This document shows positions 60,475 to 64,000 of a DNA stretch of 64,000 nt, piece after piece. A model generated the notes under the pieces. It was not told the DNA's origin, did not search any database, and saw only the letters and a list, made by a program, of their open reading frames with translations. The stretch's first letter is position 1. The number at the start of each line of letters is the position of its first letter. This stretch comes from Anaerolineales bacterium (GTDB lineage Bacteria; Chloroflexota; Anaerolineae; Anaerolineales; E44-bin32), in assembly GCA_034430695.1 (NCBI GenBank), contig DAOUEE010000158.1, forward strand, positions 1 to 64,000, written 5' to 3'. A program made the position numbers and the translations under genes.

Positions 60475-63400
60475 ATGGCGACTGAGAAGAGCAAGAAGGC
60501 ACATTTATCGCAAGCGGACGACACTCCAACTGCCCGTCCGACACTCGCCTTTCTTACCGCGACCATGGAAGATCACTTCAGCCTGGCCATGTGGACCGCG
60601 ATCGTCGAAGCCGCCCACGAGCGAAATGCAAACGTGATCAGTATCGCGGGTGGGAATTTGAATGACGCAGACGACGATGTCAGCGCAATGAGGTCAATCT
60701 ACCGGGCTGCGAATGAAGACTTTATCGATGCCATCATCATCTACGGATCGAGATTAGGAACCTACGTATCCCCAAAGACGTTTCGTGATTTTTGCGGTCA
60801 ATTCACATCCAAACCGTCTGTCAGCATCGGCCAGCAAGTCGAGGGGATCCCCGCTGTTCTTTCCGATAACTACGTCGGAATGCACCTTTTGGTCCGGCAT
60901 CTCATTCACGACCACGCATATCAACGTATTGCTTTCGTTCGGGGACCAGAAGGACAGATCGAGGCAGAAACACGATTCCAAGCTTATAAAGACGCGCTCA
61001 TTGAATCCGGCCTTGATATCGACCCCGGTTTGATTTCAGAACCTGGTATATGGGAGTCTATATCCGGCGAGGAGGCCGTTCGATCGTTCGTCGACGAGCG
61101 GGATTTAGCTCTCGATGCAATCGTCTGCGCAAACGATACCATGGCCCTCGCAACGATGTGGGCTTTGAAAAACCGAGGCCTGGCTATTCCGGACGATGTT
61201 GCCGTCGTGGGATTCGACAGCCAGGCCATTGCGAAAGCGGCTACACCGCCCCTCTCTACGGTCCGGCAACAATTGAAAGAACAATGTCGGCATGCCGTCG
61301 ACATCGTGTTAACCCAATTGGCGGGCGGCGACGTCCCCGATCGGATCGAAATTCCCACAAAACTCTGCATCCGTCAATCGTGTGGCTGTACCTCGTCCGC
61401 GGTTGGACGCGCGATCACGAAAACAAATCTCGATAACGGCGGCAGGAAAATTTCGGACGCAAAACGGGAAGACATTCTTTCGGAGATCGCGCACATCGTT
61501 GATACGACAGTCGCAGGGTCGGACGCCAAGTGGAGTAATAGATTATTCGATACATTTCTCGCAGATATTGAAAATAATCTCTCGAATTCATTCCTGCGAG
61601 AACTCAAATCTTGTATCGAAGACACGATTTCCCTCGAGACTGAAATTAACGAATGGCAAAGAGTAGTATCGTTGCTTCGCCATTTTACGCGGAGTAAGTA
61701 TGCCGACGAGGCGACCACGGAGCGAATCGAGGAGCTGAGTAATCAAGCACGTGTGCTGATCGGCGATAAAGTCCAACAAATCGAAACGCATCAATCGCTG
61801 ATCTACGATCAACAATACGCCAACCTGCGAGACACGACCAGGGCATTATCGACGGCTCTCGAACTCGACGATTTGCTCGACACCCTCCATCGCAGTTTGC
61901 CCCGCTTTGGAATACGAAGTTGCTACCTATCTCTGTACGAAAAAAACCTTCCATCTATTGAGAGCGAAACAAAAATCGGTTCGTTTCCTTTAAAGATGAT
62001 TCTCGCCTTCGACGACAAAGGCATATTGCCGCTCGAGTCCGAAGCAGCAGACATTTCGACAAACATACTTCCACGGCGAAAAATTTCGACCATTTCCGGC
62101 AAATGGTCTTTCGTAGTCAAAGCACTTGAGCGTGCAGATGATCCACTGGGGATCGTTCTCTTTGAAGTCTATCCTCCGGACGGAAGATCCTGCGACATGC
62201 TGCAAGAACAAATCAGCAGCTCACTCGCCTACGCATTGCTTCTCCAGGAACGACAGCAAGAGCATGAAGTACTCCAACAAGCCTACACGGAAGCTGAGAA
62301 GCAGGCCAGGGAAAAGGAGATCGAGCTGGAGTTTGAGATCGTAGACCGTGAGCAGGCCCAACAAGCACTTCTGCGAGAGCAGCACCTGTTACGCATACTC
62401 ATGGATAACTCCCCGGACGCTATCTATTTCAAGGACAAGGAAAGTCGCTTTATTAAGGTCAACCAGTCGTTTGCCAAAATACACGGCAAAGAAACCTCAG
62501 ACGATCTTCTGGGATTATCCGATTTCGATCTGTTTACCGAGGAACACGCGAGCGAAGCATTCGAAGACGAGATGCGCGTACTCAAGACAGGCGAACCGAT
62601 TGTCGGCAAAGTAGAGAAGGAGACTTGGCCAGACGGCCACGAAACCTGGGTCTCGACGACCAAATTGCCCATGCGGGATGATAAGGGGAACATAACGGGG
62701 ACCTTCGGTATTTCCCGAGATATAACCGAATCCAAACTAGTAGAGCAGGAACTTCGTCGCCATGCCGCCCATCTCGAGGCGATCAACACCATCATAAGCT
62801 CTACTTCGACAGCCGTCGATTTTCAAGATCTGCTGAAAATTTCCCTAGATTTATCTCTCTACGCGGTTGAAATGAATATGGGATTCATCTGGCTTCCGCC
62901 TCACACCGTATCTCGAAAATTGCTGCCGCCAGAGAACGAATTCCCTCACTACGATTTCGATCCCGAAAGTGCCGAACTACCGGAGATTCTCGTTGTCGAT
63001 GATTGGCAAAAAGTGCCGCAAGAAGATTTGCGTTTTCGTTTCTACGAGACATATCTCAAACCGCATGGCGTTCGGGCCTCGATCACAGTTCCGATTAAAG
63101 CCGAGGAAGGGAATCGACTCGGCGGGTTATGTATCGCTTCTCCCCAGGCATTCAAATGGACCACAGAAGAGTCTACACTTTTAGAAGCGGTCGGCTACCA
63201 GATTGGAATTGCAGCCGAGCGGCTGCGGCTGGTCGATCAGATTCGCGAACAGATGCAGCAGGTGCAGCAAATCACGGATACCGTCCCGGATGGTGTTCTC
63301 CTGCTTGATTCGAGCCATCGCGTCATTCTCGTAAATCCGGCAGGAACTCGAGATTTGCATTCGCTGGCGAAAGCTTCTGTTGGGGACGAGATTTCCCATC

Positions 63401-63999
63401 TCGGTGGTTGTTCCATTGCCGACATTCTACAAACCGACACCGATGTCCCCTGGCATGAAGTTCTTGCAAACAATCGGATTTTCGAGATCGTTGCACGACC
63501 CATCGACACCTACGGGTCTTCTGAGAGTTGGGTGATCGTGATCCGGGATGTGACCCAAGAACGGGAGACGCAGCGCCAGGTTCAGCAACAGGAACGGCTT
63601 GCAGCGGTCGGTCAACTCGCCGGCGGAATCGCCCATGACTTCAATAATCTGCTCACGACCATCATGCTCTATGCTCAAATGCCATTACGCAAACAACAGC
63701 TTCCCGAGGAGCTGAAAAAGCCCCTCGAGACGATTCTCAGCGAGTCACGCAAGGCAGCGAGTTTGGTTCAGCAGATCCTCGATTTCAGCCGGCACGCCCC
63801 GATCGAACGACACCCCATAGATCTCGGACCGTTCGTGAAAGAAGCCGTGCGAGTCCTGCAACGGACGATCCCCGAAAATATCTCCTTGTATATCGAGATC
63901 GACCCGAATGAGTACCTCGTCGAAGCCGATCCGACCCGCATTCAACAGGTGTTGATGAACCTGGTTGTGAATGCACGTGACGCCATGCCGGAAGGTGGA
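60475..63999 (+). CDS. Large multi-domain sensor histidine kinase, 3'-truncated by window end: PBP1 (LacI-type sugar-binding fold, no HTH) - GAF/PAS - PAS - GAF - PAS - HisKA - HATPase(start)
   Basis: My own frame-1 translation from ATG 60475 has no stop through nt 63999. It is absent from the ORF track, presumably because no stop falls in the window. PBP1 block 'AIVCANDTMALATMWALKNRGLAIPDDVAVVGFD'. PAS 'LRILMDNSPDAIYFKDKESRFIKVNQSFAKIHG'. HisKA 'ERLAAVGQLAGGIAHDFNNLLTTI'. N-box 'VLMNLVVNARDAMPEGG'. Confidence 0.75.
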   Translation, partial: MATEKSKKAHLSQADDTPTARPTLAFLTATMEDHFSLAMWTAIVEAAHERNANVISIAGGNLNDADDDVSAMRSIYRAANEDFIDAIIIYGSRLGTYVSPKTFRDFCGQFTSKPSVSIGQQVEGIPAVLSDNYVGMHLLVRHLIHDHAYQRIAFVRGPEGQIEAETRFQAYKDALIESGLDIDPGLISEPGIWESISGEEAVRSFVDERDLALDAIVCANDTMALATMWALKNRGLAIPDDVAVVGFDSQAIAKAATPPLSTVRQQLKEQCRHAVDIVLTQLAGGDVPDRIEIPTKLCIRQSCGCTSSAVGRAITKTNLDNGGRKISDAKREDILSEIAHIVDTTVAGSDAKWSNRLFDTFLADIENNLSNSFLRELKSCIEDTISLETEINEWQRVVSLLRHFTRSKYADEATTERIEELSNQARVLIGDKVQQIETHQSLIYDQQYANLRDTTRALSTALELDDLLDTLHRSLPRFGIRSCYLSLYEKNLPSIESETKIGSFPLKMILAFDDKGILPLESEAADISTNILPRRKISTISGKWSFVVKALERADDPLGIVLFEVYPPDGRSCDMLQEQISSSLAYALLLQERQQEHEVLQQAYTEAEKQAREKEIELEFEIVDREQAQQALLREQHLLRILMDNSPDAIYFKDKESRFIKVNQSFAKIHGKETSDDLLGLSDFDLFTEEHASEAFEDEMRVLKTGEPIVGKVEKETWPDGHETWVSTTKLPMRDDKGNITGTFGISRDITESKLVEQELRRHAAHLEAINTIISSTSTAVDFQDLLKISLDLSLYAVEMNMGFIWLPPHTVSRKLLPPENEFPHYDFDPESAELPEILVVDDWQKVPQEDLRFRFYETYLKPHGVRASITVPIKAEEGNRLGGLCIASPQAFKWTTEESTLLEAVGYQIGIAAERLRLVDQIREQMQQVQQITDTVPDGVLLLDSSHRVILVNPAGTRDLHSLAKASVGDEISHLGGCSIADILQTDTDVPWHEVLANNRIFEIVARPIDTYGSSESWVIVIRDVTQERETQRQVQQQERLAAVGQLAGGIAHDFNNLLTTIMLYAQMPLRKQQLPEELKKPLETILSESRKAASLVQQILDFSRHAPIERHPIDLGPFVKEAVRVLQRTIPENISLYIEIDPNEYLVEADPTRIQQVLMNLVVNARDAMPEGG

Positions 64000-64000
64000 G

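Noticed and set aside
1-64000. CRISPR arrays, prophage or defence-island genes (RM, TA, Cas)
   Set aside because: No repeat-spacer periodicity, and no nuclease, methylase or phage structural motif was seen anywhere in the window.

Overview
This window looks like high-GC (~57%) bacterial chromosome, probably Chloroflexi/Anaerolineae-like. That guess rests on gene content only: eukaryotic-like Ser/Thr kinases, PP2C, FHA, vWA and lipoproteins. Most of the window is housekeeping. It holds the tail of a polar amino-acid ABC transporter operon (SBP fragment, permease, ATPase), a tRNA-Leu(GAG), plsX followed by two tandem KAS-II (fabF) genes, sucCD, rluB, scpB, ftsH, acpP, idi-2 with a polyprenyl synthase, fadD, a class-III aminotransferase, msrA, an aldo/keto reductase and lipid-synthesis acyltransferases. 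Two regions stand out. First, 22.0-28.6 kb carries a histidine-kinase-less phospho-signalling operon: STK-PQQ propeller, PP2C, J-domain-vWA, Zn-ribbon-FHA, a small ORF, an OmpR-type RR and a NarL-type RR. Second, and most interesting, 52.1-58.8 kb is a nine-gene, same-strand cluster built around a single MglA-like Ras-family GTPase. It contains five Roadblock/LC7 (MglB-like) domains, four DUF4388 domains, a REC-Roadblock fusion and a membrane 4HB-HAMP sensor with no output domain. Immediately after it come an IS701-family transposase homolog whose DDE residues appear substituted and which sits in operon-like spacing, a stand-alone receiver, and a >1170-aa PBP1-GAF-PAS-HisKA hybrid sensor kinase. 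That kinase runs off the window end and is absent from the ORF track. All calls come from reading the translations and the nucleotide sequence by eye. No database searches were run.
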